A stretch of DNA of 64,000 nucleotides, taken from positions 46,654-110,653 of the forward strand of contig CASTSB010000002.1 of NCBI GenBank assembly GCA_949451605.1, read 5' to 3'. Below the pieces are notes generated by a model, which had not been told where the DNA came from, ran no database searches, and was given only the letters and a program-made list of their open reading frames with translations. The DNA comes from an uncultured Bacilli bacterium. GTDB taxonomy: Bacteria > Bacillota_I > Bacilli_A > RF39 > UBA660. Shown here one piece after another: positions 41,264-51,364 of the stretch. Within the stretch, counting starts at the first letter, position 1, and each line of letters starts with the position of its first letter. The position numbers were made by a program, and so were the translations under genes.

Positions 41264-42256
41264 ATGTTATCAAGAGACATTGGAATAGATTTAGGAACAG
41301 CAAATGTATTAATTTATGTAAAAGGTAGGGGAATTGTACTTGATGAACCAAGTATAGTTGCTCTTGATATAGATTCAAAAGAAGTAATTGCAGTAGGAAA
41401 AGAAGCTCAAGTGATGTTGGGTAGAACACCAGGAAAAGTAAAAGCTATAAGACCTATGAAAGATGGGGTAATAGCTGACTTTGAAATTACTGAAATTATG
41501 TTAAATACTTTTATAAAAAAAATAAAAGCAAAAAACTTATTTTTAAGACCAAGAATTTTAATTTGTTGTCCAACTAATATCACACCAGTAGAAAAAAATG
41601 CTATTAAAGAAGCTGCAGAGCGTACTGGTGCTAGAAAGGTATATATAGAAGAAGAACCAAAAGTGGCCGCAATAGGTGCAGGCATGGATATATCAAAACC
41701 TACTGCTAATATGGTAATTGATATGGGCGGAGGAACTACAGATATTGCCGTATTATCTTTAAATGATATTGTTTCTTCTGCTTCTATAAAAATTGCAGGG
41801 AATACTCTAAATCAAGATATTATTAAATATATTAAAGATAAATATCATTTACTTATAGGAGAACTAACATCAGAAGAAATTAAAACTAATTTTGCTAATG
41901 TATATAATCCAGATAAAAAGAAGAAAAAAGAAATAAAAGGAAGAAATTTATTAACAGGCCTTCCAGATACAATAGAAATAACACAACCTGAAATAAAAGA
42001 AGCTCTTGAAGAAAGTCTTCTAAAAATCATAAAAGAAACTACTAATGTCTTAGAAGAGACACCACCAGAACTTGCAGGAGATATTGTTGAAAAGGGAATA
42101 ATTGTAACAGGTGGAGGGGCTTTATTAAAAGGATTTCAAGAACTATTAGAAGAAAAGCTAAATGTTCCAATTTTAATAGCTGAAACTCCACTCACATGCG
42201 TAGTAGAAGGAACAGGTAAATTATTAGAAAATGTTAAGTTGTTAGAACAAGAGTAA
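41264..42256 (+). CDS. mreB: rod shape-determining actin homolog MreB/Mbl
   Basis: 330 aa. DIGIDLGTANVLIYVKGRGIVL, actin-fold phosphate motifs. Confidence 0.85.
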   Translation: MLSRDIGIDLGTANVLIYVKGRGIVLDEPSIVALDIDSKEVIAVGKEAQVMLGRTPGKVKAIRPMKDGVIADFEITEIMLNTFIKKIKAKNLFLRPRILICCPTNITPVEKNAIKEAAERTGARKVYIEEEPKVAAIGAGMDISKPTANMVIDMGGGTTDIAVLSLNDIVSSASIKIAGNTLNQDIIKYIKDKYHLLIGELTSEEIKTNFANVYNPDKKKKKEIKGRNLLTGLPDTIEITQPEIKEALEESLLKIIKETTNVLEETPPELAGDIVEKGIIVTGGGALLKGFQELLEEKLNVPILIAETPLTCVVEGTGKLLENVKLLEQE

Positions 42257-42310
42257 TACGATTTTTATTTGATTATAACTATATATTTGCTATAATCGAT
42301 ATAGAAAGAA

Positions 42311-43390
42311 GTGATTATTTTGAAACTGCAACTATTTAATGCTAGCAAGATAGTATTAACAACATTCATTTTCTCAAGTATTATAATGATCTTTATGAAA
42401 AAAATAGCTTTTCATATTGGAGCAATTGATAAGCCAAGAGACGATGAAGAACAAAGACATATTCATAAAAGAACAGTTCCTAAACTAGGAGGAGTTGGAA
42501 TATTTCTAGCTTTTCTTATTGGATATATGCTCTTTGGTGAACAAAGTACCCGAATGAATTCAATTCTTATAGGTAGCTTTATAGTAATATTAACAGGAAT
42601 AATTGATGATATAAAGCCAATTCGTGCTTCTCACAAAATGATAGGACACTTAATTGCCGCTTCAGTAATAGTATTTTATGGTCGTATTTTATTAAATAAT
42701 ATTTCTGCTTTCGGTTATACTGTAGACTTCGGAAGAATGGCATATCCGTTAACTATTTTCTTTATAGTTGCGTGTACTAATATAATTAATTTAATTGATG
42801 GAATGGATGGTCTTAGTGGCGGAATATGTTCAATATTTTATATAACTATTGCAGTTCTTTGCTTTTATCAAGGAAGATATGGAAGTCTAGTTTTAACCCT
42901 TTGCTTAATTATGCTCGGCTCAACTTTAGGATTTTTATTACATAACTTTTATCCAGCTAGTATTTTTGCAGGAGACTGTGCCACTTTTATGGGATTTATA
43001 ATTTCTATTATTACTTTATTAGAATTTAAAGGTCCTGCCTTAATATCTTTCTTTGTTCCCCTTACAATTATCGGTATTCCTATTCTAGATACAGCCTTTG
43101 CAATAATAAGAAGATTATTAAAAGGACAGCCTCCATTTCAAGCAGATAGGCAGCATTTTCATCATCAATTACTTGGAATGAATTTTTCTCAAAGAACAAC
43201 TGTATTAATTATTTATGCAATAAATATTTTATTTGCATCCGCTTCTATGTTTTATACAATTATTGATCAAAAAATTGGTCAAACGATTTATATAATTATT
43301 TTCTTCTTAGTTATTTGGTTTATTTTTCATACCAGTATCATAACAGATAAAACTAAGAAAAAAAGGATTGGTAAAGGCACTACAAAATAG
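42311..43390 (+). CDS. glycosyltransferase family 4 UDP-GlcNAc:undecaprenyl-phosphate GlcNAc-1-P transferase (WecA/TagO-like)
   Basis: 359 aa, about 10 transmembrane segments. MraY/WecA-like D-rich motifs (IIDDIKP, NLIDGMDGLSGG). Confidence 0.65.
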   Translation: MIILKLQLFNASKIVLTTFIFSSIIMIFMKKIAFHIGAIDKPRDDEEQRHIHKRTVPKLGGVGIFLAFLIGYMLFGEQSTRMNSILIGSFIVILTGIIDDIKPIRASHKMIGHLIAASVIVFYGRILLNNISAFGYTVDFGRMAYPLTIFFIVACTNIINLIDGMDGLSGGICSIFYITIAVLCFYQGRYGSLVLTLCLIMLGSTLGFLLHNFYPASIFAGDCATFMGFIISIITLLEFKGPALISFFVPLTIIGIPILDTAFAIIRRLLKGQPPFQADRQHFHHQLLGMNFSQRTTVLIIYAINILFASASMFYTIIDQKIGQTIYIIIFFLVIWFIFHTSIITDKTKKKRIGKGTTK

Positions 43391-43441
43391 TGTCTTTTAT
43401 TTTTAAAATATGATATACTTTAATTATAAGGAGGAGATAGT

Positions 43442-43972
43442 ATGGAGATTATTATTCATGGAGATAAGTTAAAAGTTACTACTGCAATGAAAGACTATAT
43501 TGAGGAAAAGTTAAGCAAGTTAGAAAAATATCTTGAAAATAGCGATAATGTTCGCATAAATGTTATAGTAAAAGTAAGTAACTATTCACAACGTGTAGAA
43601 ATCACTATCCCATTAAAAACTGTTATTTTAAGAACAGAAGAAACACAACAAGATTTTTATGCAGCTGTCGATAAAGCAATAGACAAGCTAGAAAGACAAG
43701 TAAGAAAAAACAAAACACGTATAGCTTCTCGTCAAACTAAAGGTAATTTTGGATTTGTAATTGATGAGATAGAAAACGTAGAAGACATTGAAGAAACAAA
43801 AATAGTAAAAAGAAAAAAAGTTGAAGTAAAACCTATGGATGAAGAAGAAGCTATTCTTCAAATGGAACTATTAGGACATCAATTTTATATGTATAAAGAC
43901 AGTGAAACTAATAAACCAACAGTTGTTTATAAAAGAAATGATGGCAACTATGGTATTATTGAATCAGAATAA
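43442..43972 (+). CDS. hpf: ribosome hibernation promoting factor (long form)
   Basis: 176 aa. N-terminal YfiA domain plus C-terminal dimerisation domain. Directly upstream of secA, as in Bacilli. Confidence 0.85.
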   Translation: MEIIIHGDKLKVTTAMKDYIEEKLSKLEKYLENSDNVRINVIVKVSNYSQRVEITIPLKTVILRTEETQQDFYAAVDKAIDKLERQVRKNKTRIASRQTKGNFGFVIDEIENVEDIEETKIVKRKKVEVKPMDEEEAILQMELLGHQFYMYKDSETNKPTVVYKRNDGNYGIIESE

Positions 43973-43981
43973 TATATAACT

Positions 43982-44015
43982 AAGAAGAAATGCTTTATTT
44001 CTTCTTTTCTTTTTG
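43982..44015 (+). terminator. rho-independent terminator after hpf
   Basis: AAGAAGAAATgctttATTTCTTCTT (10-bp stem) followed by a T-run. Confidence 0.6.
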
Positions 44016-44044
44016 ATAGAATAATACAATGAGGAGATGTTTAC

Positions 44045-46534
44045 ATGAAATTTTTAAGAAAATTATTTGATCATGAATATAAAGAATTAAAAAGGTTCGA
44101 AATATTAGCTAATAAAATCATGGATTTAGATGAAGAATATTCTAAATTGACTGATACAGAATTACAAAACAAAACTGAAGAATTTAAAGAACGTCTACAA
44201 AAAGGTGAAACTTTAGATGATATCTTGGTTGAAGCATTTGCTACAGCTCGTGAAGCTTCTTTCCGTGTTATAGGAGAAAAACATTACTTTGTCCAAATAC
44301 TAGGTGGACTTGCAATTCATTTTGGAAATATTGCTGAAATGAAAACAGGTGAAGGAAAAACTTTAACCAGTGTATTACCAGCATACCTAAATGCTCTATC
44401 AGGAGAAGGAGTTCATATTATTACTGTAAATGAATACCTAGCTGGAAGAGATGCTGAATGGATGGGTGGAATTCATAGATTCTTAGGCCTTACAGTTGGT
44501 GTTAATGGAAGAGATTTAACTCCTACAGAAAAACAAGAGGCTTATAATTGCGATATATTATATTCAACAAATAATGAAATTGGTTTTGATTATTTAAGAG
44601 ATAACATGGTTGTTAGAAAAGAGGAAAGAGTTCAAAGAAGATTAAATTTTGCCATAATCGATGAAGTGGATTCTGTTCTAATAGATGAAGCAAGAACTCC
44701 TTTAATTATTTCTGGTGGAGAAATGAAAGCAGCTAATTTATATATTGATGCTGACAAATTTGCTAAAAGTTTAAAAGAAGAAAAAGACTTTATTTATGAT
44801 GAAAAAACAAAAAGTGTTAATTTAACTGAATCTGGATCTGATAAAGCAGAAAAAATGTTTCATATAAACAATTTATATGATATTGAAAATGCAACTTTAT
44901 TACACTTTGTAAATCAAGCATTAAAAGCTAATTATTCAATGAGAAATGATGTTGATTACGTAGTTCAAGATGGAGAAGTAGTAATAGTAGATCAATTTAC
45001 TGGTCGTCTACAAAAAGGACGTGCTTATTCTGATGGTCTTCATCAAGCAATTGAAGCAAAAGAAGGCGTACAAATTAATCAAGAAACAAAAACCCTAGCA
45101 ACTATTACTTTCCAAAATCTATTTAGAATGTATAAAAAATTATCTGGAATGACTGGTACAGCTAAAACAGAAGAAGAAGAATTTAGAAACATCTATAATA
45201 TGTATGTAATTGAAATCCCAACAAATAAAGAAGTTATAAGAATTGATGCACCAGATCTTGTATATGCAACTAAAGAGGCCAAATATAAAGCAATTGTTGA
45301 ATTTGTAAAAGATAAATATGAACATGGTCAACCTGTATTAATTGGTACAATCGCAATAGAAAGTAGTGAATTAATAAGTAATCTATTAAAACAAGCTCAT
45401 ATTCCACATGAAATATTAAATGCTAAAAATCATGCGCGTGAAGCAGAAATTATTTCAAAAATTGGACAAAATAAATCTGTAACTATCGCTACAAATATGG
45501 CAGGTCGTGGTACTGATATTAAACTATCAGATGAAATAAAAAAACTAGGAGGTCTATGTGTTGTAGGTACAGAACGTCATGAATCACGCCGTATCGATAA
45601 CCAATTACGTGGACGTTCAGGTCGTCAAGGAGATCCTGGTTATACTCAATTCTTTGTTTCTATGAAAGATGATCTTATGGTTAGATTTGGTTCAGATAGA
45701 ATCGGCGATATGATGAAAAACTTAGGACTTGGAGATCAAGCAATCCAAAGTAAAACATTTACAAATTCTATTGGAACAGCTCAAAAAAGAGTTGAGGGAA
45801 ACAATTTTGATATAAGAAAATCTTTACTTCAATATGATGATGTTATGAATAATCAAAGAGAAATAATTTATGAAAAAAGAAATAAAATTTTAGATAATGA
45901 TAGTATTTATTCAATGGTTACCAATACATTTAGAAATCATATAGAAGATTTAGTAAAATCTCACTTAGCACCAGAAGATTATTTAACTGACAGTGATTTA
46001 GAAGAAATAACTGAATTTGCCAATGAGAATTTACTAAAAAAAGATATAAAAATATCAGAAATAAAAGATTTATCACCAGAAGAAATTATTGATAAATTAT
46101 CAAAACAGTTAATAACAGAATATGAAGATAAAATAAAAGATGTACCAAAAGAAATTTCTAATGAATTTGAAAAAGTAATTACACTACAAGTACTTGATAA
46201 TTACTGGATGGAGCATATAAATACTATGTCACACTTAAGAGAAGGAATTCATTTAAGAGGTTATGCTCAAGAAGATCCATTAAGAGCATATACAATGGAA
46301 GGTTTTGAACTTTTTGATTCAATGCTTCAAAAAGTTGATAAAGATATTTGTATATTCTTATCAAAAGCAGAAATAAGACAAAATATAGAAAGAAAAGAAA
46401 CAACAAAAAAACAAATAACTAATGATACTGAATCAAGAGATACAAAAAAAACAAAGAAGAGCAAAAAAATTGGTAGAAATGAACCATGTCCTTGTGGAAG
46501 TGGAAAGAAATATAAGCAATGTTGCGGAAAGTAG
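44045..46534 (+). CDS. secA: preprotein translocase ATPase SecA
   Basis: 829 aa. DEAD-like motor motifs. C-terminal zinc finger CPCGSGKKYKQCCG. Confidence 0.95.
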   Translation: MKFLRKLFDHEYKELKRFEILANKIMDLDEEYSKLTDTELQNKTEEFKERLQKGETLDDILVEAFATAREASFRVIGEKHYFVQILGGLAIHFGNIAEMKTGEGKTLTSVLPAYLNALSGEGVHIITVNEYLAGRDAEWMGGIHRFLGLTVGVNGRDLTPTEKQEAYNCDILYSTNNEIGFDYLRDNMVVRKEERVQRRLNFAIIDEVDSVLIDEARTPLIISGGEMKAANLYIDADKFAKSLKEEKDFIYDEKTKSVNLTESGSDKAEKMFHINNLYDIENATLLHFVNQALKANYSMRNDVDYVVQDGEVVIVDQFTGRLQKGRAYSDGLHQAIEAKEGVQINQETKTLATITFQNLFRMYKKLSGMTGTAKTEEEEFRNIYNMYVIEIPTNKEVIRIDAPDLVYATKEAKYKAIVEFVKDKYEHGQPVLIGTIAIESSELISNLLKQAHIPHEILNAKNHAREAEIISKIGQNKSVTIATNMAGRGTDIKLSDEIKKLGGLCVVGTERHESRRIDNQLRGRSGRQGDPGYTQFFVSMKDDLMVRFGSDRIGDMMKNLGLGDQAIQSKTFTNSIGTAQKRVEGNNFDIRKSLLQYDDVMNNQREIIYEKRNKILDNDSIYSMVTNTFRNHIEDLVKSHLAPEDYLTDSDLEEITEFANENLLKKDIKISEIKDLSPEEIIDKLSKQLITEYEDKIKDVPKEISNEFEKVITLQVLDNYWMEHINTMSHLREGIHLRGYAQEDPLRAYTMEGFELFDSMLQKVDKDICIFLSKAEIRQNIERKETTKKQITNDTESRDTKKTKKSKKIGRNEPCPCGSGKKYKQCCGK

Positions 46535-46537
46535 ATT

Positions 46538-46565
46538 AAAGCCCATTTATAAGGGCTTTTCTTAT
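46538..46565 (+). terminator. rho-independent terminator after secA
   Basis: AAAGCCCatttataAGGGCTTTT. Confidence 0.65.
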
Positions 46566-46606
46566 AAACAAATTTATTAAAATGGCAAGGGAATTTTAGT
46601 TTTTAA

Positions 46607-46894
46607 TTGTCATTAATAATTTATGATATAATTAAAATATTAATAATTACTTTTGCCATAGGAGGTATATTTTATACAATAAAAATAAGTAATAGATATA
46701 ATAAAGATACCTCAACTAAAGAAGTTATAATTAGCCTTTTTAAGGAACATAATGCAATAGATTTAGAAAGTGGTATTAAAATTAAAGATTTACCTAATAA
46801 CATTTCAAAAAGCCTATATCTATTAATGATGGTTAAAGATAATACTCTTATTTTTAAGAAAGGTAAATATTATTTAAATGAAAAACTTAAGTAA
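46607..46894 (+). CDS. hypothetical small protein with N-terminal TM helix (island gene 1)
   Basis: 95 aa from a TTG start. No RBS confidently identified. Overlaps the next ORF by 17 nt. Confidence 0.3.
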   Translation: MSLIIYDIIKILIITFAIGGIFYTIKISNRYNKDTSTKEVIISLFKEHNAIDLESGIKIKDLPNNISKSLYLLMMVKDNTLIFKKGKYYLNEKLK

Positions 46895-47108
46895 ATATAA
46901 AAAATTATGGGAATATTTAGAAGCTAATAAAGAATTAGAATATAATCTATCTTTTGATGATATAAAAAATATTATTGGTTTCAATATTGATCATTCATTT
47001 TTATCTTATAAAAAAGAAGCCGAAATATATGGTTATAAAGTAAAAAAAATATCATTAAAAGAAAAAATGATAGTTTTTGAAAAAAACAAGAAATTAGGAG
47101 ATATATGA
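46878..47108 (+). CDS. hypothetical small protein (island gene 2)
   Basis: 76 aa. Overlaps both flanking ORFs, consistent with an operon. Confidence 0.3.
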   Translation: MKNLSKYKKLWEYLEANKELEYNLSFDDIKNIIGFNIDHSFLSYKKEAEIYGYKVKKISLKEKMIVFEKNKKLGDI

Positions 47109-47740
47109 AAAATAAAATTAGTGAAATAGGAGCCATATCCATGGCTTTATTGTATAGAAAGAAATATGCTGATTCAGAAATGATTAAATTGTCTTCAGCA
47201 AAAAAATTCAAAGAAACTATTGAAAGTAATTTACAAAGCATGCATAGTGAGTATAGTTGGTGCACAAATTATAAAGAAGAAAATGATTTATATTTTATAT
47301 GTAGAGATGAAAATAATATCTTATATGCAATTATTGACCCTTCAGCAAATATTCAAAGAGCCACAGAACATTATATTTACTGTTTGCCTACAGATATAAT
47401 TCAGGCTTCATTAATGAATAATGTCTTAGAAATTATTGGCTTAAAAGAAGAAAATAATAAGATTGTAGAAATAAGGGATGAAAAACTAGACAATGAATTA
47501 GAAAAAGTAATAAATCTAAATATAAAAGATCCTAATAATTTTTATAAGGAAGTTTTCTATAGTTTAAGCTTAGAGGAAAGAGATTTCTTAAAACAACAAT
47601 TTACTAATAAAAGCTGTTTCAATTGTATTAATGGTCTATGCAAATTACCATATAAAGAAAAAGGTGATAAAGGTTGCTGTATTGATTGGCAAAATCCATC
47701 AGAATTAGGTAAGAAATATATATTAAAAAAGAAAAGTTAA
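47105..47740 (+). CDS. hypothetical protein with C-terminal Cys-cluster (island gene 3)
   Basis: 211 aa. C-terminus CFNCINGLCKLPYKEKGDKGCCIDW suggests a metal-binding knuckle. Confidence 0.35.
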   Translation: MKNKISEIGAISMALLYRKKYADSEMIKLSSAKKFKETIESNLQSMHSEYSWCTNYKEENDLYFICRDENNILYAIIDPSANIQRATEHYIYCLPTDIIQASLMNNVLEIIGLKEENNKIVEIRDEKLDNELEKVINLNIKDPNNFYKEVFYSLSLEERDFLKQQFTNKSCFNCINGLCKLPYKEKGDKGCCIDWQNPSELGKKYILKKKS

Positions 47741-47770
47741 GAACATTATATGTTCTTTTATTTTTTTCTT
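47739..47770 (+). terminator. rho-independent terminator after island gene 3
   Basis: AAGAACATtatATGTTCTT followed by TTATTTTTTT. Confidence 0.55.
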
Positions 47771-47774
47771 AACA

Positions 47775-47788
47775 AGAACAAATGTTCG
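47775..47788 (+). promoter_or_regulatory. LexA (Cheo/SOS) box overlapping promoter of radical-SAM operon
   Basis: AGAACAAATGTTCG gives a perfect GAAC-N4-GTTC core, matching the Bacillus consensus CGAACATATGTTCG at 12 of 14 positions. It lies immediately upstream of TATAAT (47792-47797) and 26 nt before the ATG at 47814. Confidence 0.6.
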
Positions 47789-47813
47789 TGTTATAATTGA
47801 ATTGGTGATAACT

Positions 47814-49019
47814 ATGGATTTAAAAGAAAAACTAATTATATTAGCTGATAGCGCAAAATATGATGCCTCATGTTCATCCAGTGGCAGTTCAAGAAAAGAA
47901 GGTAAACTAGGCAATACAGCAGTGGCAGGTATATGCCATTCATTTGCTGCAGATGGTAGATGTATTTCTCTTCTAAAAATATTATTAACAAATTGTTGCA
48001 TTTACGATTGCAAATATTGTCCAAATAGACGAACTAATAATATTAAAAGAGCAACATTTACTAAAGAAGAAATATGTGAAATTACTATTAATTTTTATAG
48101 AAGAAATTACATAGAAGGACTTTTTATTTCTTCTGGTATTATAAAAAATCCTGATTACACAATGAATCTTATGATAGAAGCAATCTCGTTATTAAGAAGT
48201 AAATATCATTTTGGTGGATATATACATGCAAAAGCTATTCCCGGAGCAAGTGAGTATCTTTTGAAAAAACTAGGTAATCTTGTTGATAGATTAAGTGCCA
48301 ATGTAGAACTACCAACTGATGAAGGGTTAAAACTATTAGCTCCTAATAAAGATAATAGAAAAGTAGATAAAATAATGGATTATGTTCATAAAAACAGAAC
48401 AAATAAATTTGTCCCAGCAGGACAAAGCACCCAGATGATTATAGGAGCAACAAAGGAGACGGACTTAGAAATAATGTCAAAAAGCTCTACTATGTATAAT
48501 AAACATGAATTAAAAAGAGTTTTTTATTCTGCTTATATTCCTGTAAATAAAGATAAACTTTTACCAACGCTCCAAACGCCACCACTATTAAGAGAAAATA
48601 GACTATACCAAGCAGACTGGCTATTAAGATATTATAATTTTAAAGTTGAAGATATTTTAGATGAGAAAAATCCAAATTTTAATCTTTTACTAGATCCGAA
48701 GGCCTCTTGGGCTTTAAAACATTTAAATGAATTTCCAAAAGAGATAAATAGCTGTTCATTTAATGATCTTTTAAAAATACCAGGTATAGGAGTTACTTCT
48801 GCGAAAAGAATAATTTCTTCACGAAAATATTTTAAAATTACATTTAATGATTTGAAGAAAATGGGGATTGTTTTAAAAAGGGCAAAGTATTTTATCACAT
48901 GTAATAATAAGTATTTTACAGATAGCACATTCTTTAATAAAAATATTATAGAAAGAAATTTAATATTAGAAGACAAAGTAAAAAAAGAATCTAATATTGA
49001 ACAATTAGCTTTATTTTAA
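47814..49019 (+). CDS. putative DNA modification/repair radical SAM protein with HhH (TIGR03916-like)
   Basis: CIYDCKYC cluster (CxxxCxxC). C-terminal helix-hairpin-helix LLKIPGIGVTSAKRII. Start at the ATG after RBS GGTGAT; the track ORF begins 12 nt upstream. Confidence 0.7.
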   Translation: MDLKEKLIILADSAKYDASCSSSGSSRKEGKLGNTAVAGICHSFAADGRCISLLKILLTNCCIYDCKYCPNRRTNNIKRATFTKEEICEITINFYRRNYIEGLFISSGIIKNPDYTMNLMIEAISLLRSKYHFGGYIHAKAIPGASEYLLKKLGNLVDRLSANVELPTDEGLKLLAPNKDNRKVDKIMDYVHKNRTNKFVPAGQSTQMIIGATKETDLEIMSKSSTMYNKHELKRVFYSAYIPVNKDKLLPTLQTPPLLRENRLYQADWLLRYYNFKVEDILDEKNPNFNLLLDPKASWALKHLNEFPKEINSCSFNDLLKIPGIGVTSAKRIISSRKYFKITFNDLKKMGIVLKRAKYFITCNNKYFTDSTFFNKNIIERNLILEDKVKKESNIEQLALF

Positions 49020-49786
49020 TGAAAAAAAGTAATTATATTTATCTATATGATAATGATTTTATATCTCTATTAAGTCTGATAAAAATACTTATAACGAAGA
49101 AAGTAATTCCATGTAATATAAAACCTAATACATATACTCCTTCACTTTTTGAAGAGACATTTAAAGAACAAATATCCGAAAATGAAATCATTATAAAAGA
49201 AATAATAGATGCGACTTCATTCTATATTCTTAACACAATGTATAAAATATTTCTATCTGAGCACAATGATAAAGAGATAATAATCTACTACTTTTTTGTT
49301 CATGCCTTAAAATATCAAAATAAAATTTATTATATGCGTAATTTAAAAAGTGTTACTGAGGCATTAAAAATTGAAAAATTTGTAGAACATGAAACACATA
49401 AATTTAAAGGATTTCTTAGGTTTAAGGAATTAAAAGGTGGAATTTTGTATGCCACTATAGAACCGGATAATAACATAATTCTTTTCCTTTCTAAACATTT
49501 TAAACAAAGACTCCAAAATGAATTTTGGATTATAGAAGATAAAAAAAGACAATTAATAAGCATATATGATAAAAATAATTTTTATATTACTTCTTCAGAA
49601 TGCTTCAATATTTTAGATAAAGAGTTATCAGAAGCTGAAGAAGATATAGAAAACTTATGGAAAAACTTTTACAAAACAATTGCAATAAAAGAAAGAACTA
49701 ATTATAGATGTCGTATGAATTTTATGCCAAAAAAATACTGGAAATATATTATAGAAATGAGTGATAAAAATGAAAATAGTTATTAG
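49019..49786 (+). CDS. TIGR03915/DUF4130-like putative DNA metabolism protein (partner of the radical SAM protein)
   Basis: N-terminus IYLYDNDFISLLSLI...PSLFEE matches my recollection of the family N-terminus (IYxYDGxFEGLLTxIF...QxSLF). Translationally coupled (TAATG) to the upstream gene. Confidence 0.55.
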   Translation: MKKSNYIYLYDNDFISLLSLIKILITKKVIPCNIKPNTYTPSLFEETFKEQISENEIIIKEIIDATSFYILNTMYKIFLSEHNDKEIIIYYFFVHALKYQNKIYYMRNLKSVTEALKIEKFVEHETHKFKGFLRFKELKGGILYATIEPDNNIILFLSKHFKQRLQNEFWIIEDKKRQLISIYDKNNFYITSSECFNILDKELSEAEEDIENLWKNFYKTIAIKERTNYRCRMNFMPKKYWKYIIEMSDKNENSY

Positions 49787-51320
49787 TGGTCAAGAACTAC
49801 AAGAAAAGATGACTTTTGCAGTTAATTTATTATGTAATACAGTAAAAAGTACCATTGGACCCAAGGGAAGCAATATTATAATAGATCATTCTGCCTTTAG
49901 TCCTTTTATTACAAATGATGGAGTAACAATAGCACAAAATATAGAAAGTGAAGATCAAATTACCAATACCATTTTGGAATTAGCAAAAGAAGCTTCAATA
50001 AAGACTAATTATTTGGTAGGAGATGGTACAACCACAACATTAGTTTTACTACAAGTAATTTTCAATGAAGGATTAAAAGAAATAAATAATGGAAAAAATC
50101 CTATTATTTTAAAAAAAGAGCTTGAAGAAAGTTTATCAAAAATAATAATAAAAATAAAAGAAGAAAGTAAAAAATCTACACTCAAAGATTTAGAAAATAT
50201 TGCTTTGACGTCTTCTAGTTCTAAAGAAATAGCCAAAATAATTACAGAAGCTTTTAAAATAACTAAAAATAAAGAGTCAATTAAGATTATAGAACAAGAA
50301 AATAATTCCATTAACTTAATTTATAAAAAAGGATATTCAATAGATACACTATTAGCTTCTCCTTATTTTCTGGCAGATAAAAAAGAGATATCAGAAGAAA
50401 ATTTATCTGTTATATTGATTAATAATTATATTCAAGAAATAGAAGAAATTTCAATTTATTTAAGTGATGCTATTACAAATAAAAAATCTTTAATAGTTTT
50501 AGCAGAGGATTATTCTGAATTGGTAATAAATGAAGTTTTATCAATAAACGAATATAGTAATAATAAAATATACTTGCTTAAAATACCAGAATATGGAAAA
50601 AACAAATATGATTTGTTAAAAGATTTAGAACTAATAACAAAAGCTAAAATAATAAACGATTTAGCAAATATAAGTTTTGAAAATTTAGGATTAATAGAAA
50701 ATATAAAAATTGATTGTTCACAAAGCACATTTTATTTTAATGAAAATAATAAAATTAATGAAAAAATAAAAGAGCTTAAGTCTCTTTTTGATAATACTGA
50801 AGAATATAATGAATATTTAGCCAAAAGAATATCAATGTTAGAAACAGGTATTATTGAAATTCTTATTGGAGCACCAACTATTACAGAAAGAAGAGAAAAG
50901 AAAATGAGAGCAGATGATTGCTTATGTGCAATTAACTCTGCAAAAGATGGTTTTGTTACTGGTAGTGGATTAACTTTGTATAAAATTTCAGATAGTTTTC
51001 AAAAAGAAAATCAATCAATTTCTAATATTTTACTAAAAGCACTACAAGAGCCTTTTAAAGAGATAATGTTTAATTCAGGTCTAGATTATAAAGAAATTAT
51101 TTCAGAAATCAAATTATCCAATTATCAAAAAGTTTATAATGTTATAAGCGAGAAATTCGAAAATATAGCTAGTTCAACTGTTAAGGATCCTACAAAAGTA
51201 GTAATTGACTCATTAATTAATGCAACTTCAATAGCTAGTATTTTATTAACAACCACTTCCTTAATAGTTAATGAATACAAAAATAATACCAATAAAATAA
51301 ATGACTTCAATGATTTATAA
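49761..51320 (+). CDS. highly divergent orphan chaperonin Cpn60/GroEL paralog (no GroES partner)
   Basis: Collinear with GroEL by eye: GPKGSNIIIDHSAFSPFITNDGVTIAQNIESEDQ ([34 protein letters not shown]), GDGTTTTLVL (GDGTTTATVL), SPYFLADKKEISE, LIVLAEDYS, ERREKKMRADDCLCAINSAKDGFVTGSGLTL ([32 protein letters not shown]). Lacks the GGM tail. Overlaps the upstream gene. Confidence 0.7.
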   Translation: MIKMKIVISGQELQEKMTFAVNLLCNTVKSTIGPKGSNIIIDHSAFSPFITNDGVTIAQNIESEDQITNTILELAKEASIKTNYLVGDGTTTTLVLLQVIFNEGLKEINNGKNPIILKKELEESLSKIIIKIKEESKKSTLKDLENIALTSSSSKEIAKIITEAFKITKNKESIKIIEQENNSINLIYKKGYSIDTLLASPYFLADKKEISEENLSVILINNYIQEIEEISIYLSDAITNKKSLIVLAEDYSELVINEVLSINEYSNNKIYLLKIPEYGKNKYDLLKDLELITKAKIINDLANISFENLGLIENIKIDCSQSTFYFNENNKINEKIKELKSLFDNTEEYNEYLAKRISMLETGIIEILIGAPTITERREKKMRADDCLCAINSAKDGFVTGSGLTLYKISDSFQKENQSISNILLKALQEPFKEIMFNSGLDYKEIISEIKLSNYQKVYNVISEKFENIASSTVKDPTKVVIDSLINATSIASILLTTTSLIVNEYKNNTNKINDFNDL

Positions 51321-51364
51321 TTATTGTATAATATAATAAAAGTAGTGATTAAAGGAGAATAATT

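Noticed and set aside
47741-47770. Palindrome GAACATTATATGTTC as a second LexA box
   Set aside because: The spacing between GAAC and GTTC is 7, not 4. It sits immediately after a stop codon with a T-run, which fits an intrinsic terminator better. The true Cheo box is the adjacent AGAACAAATGTTCG.
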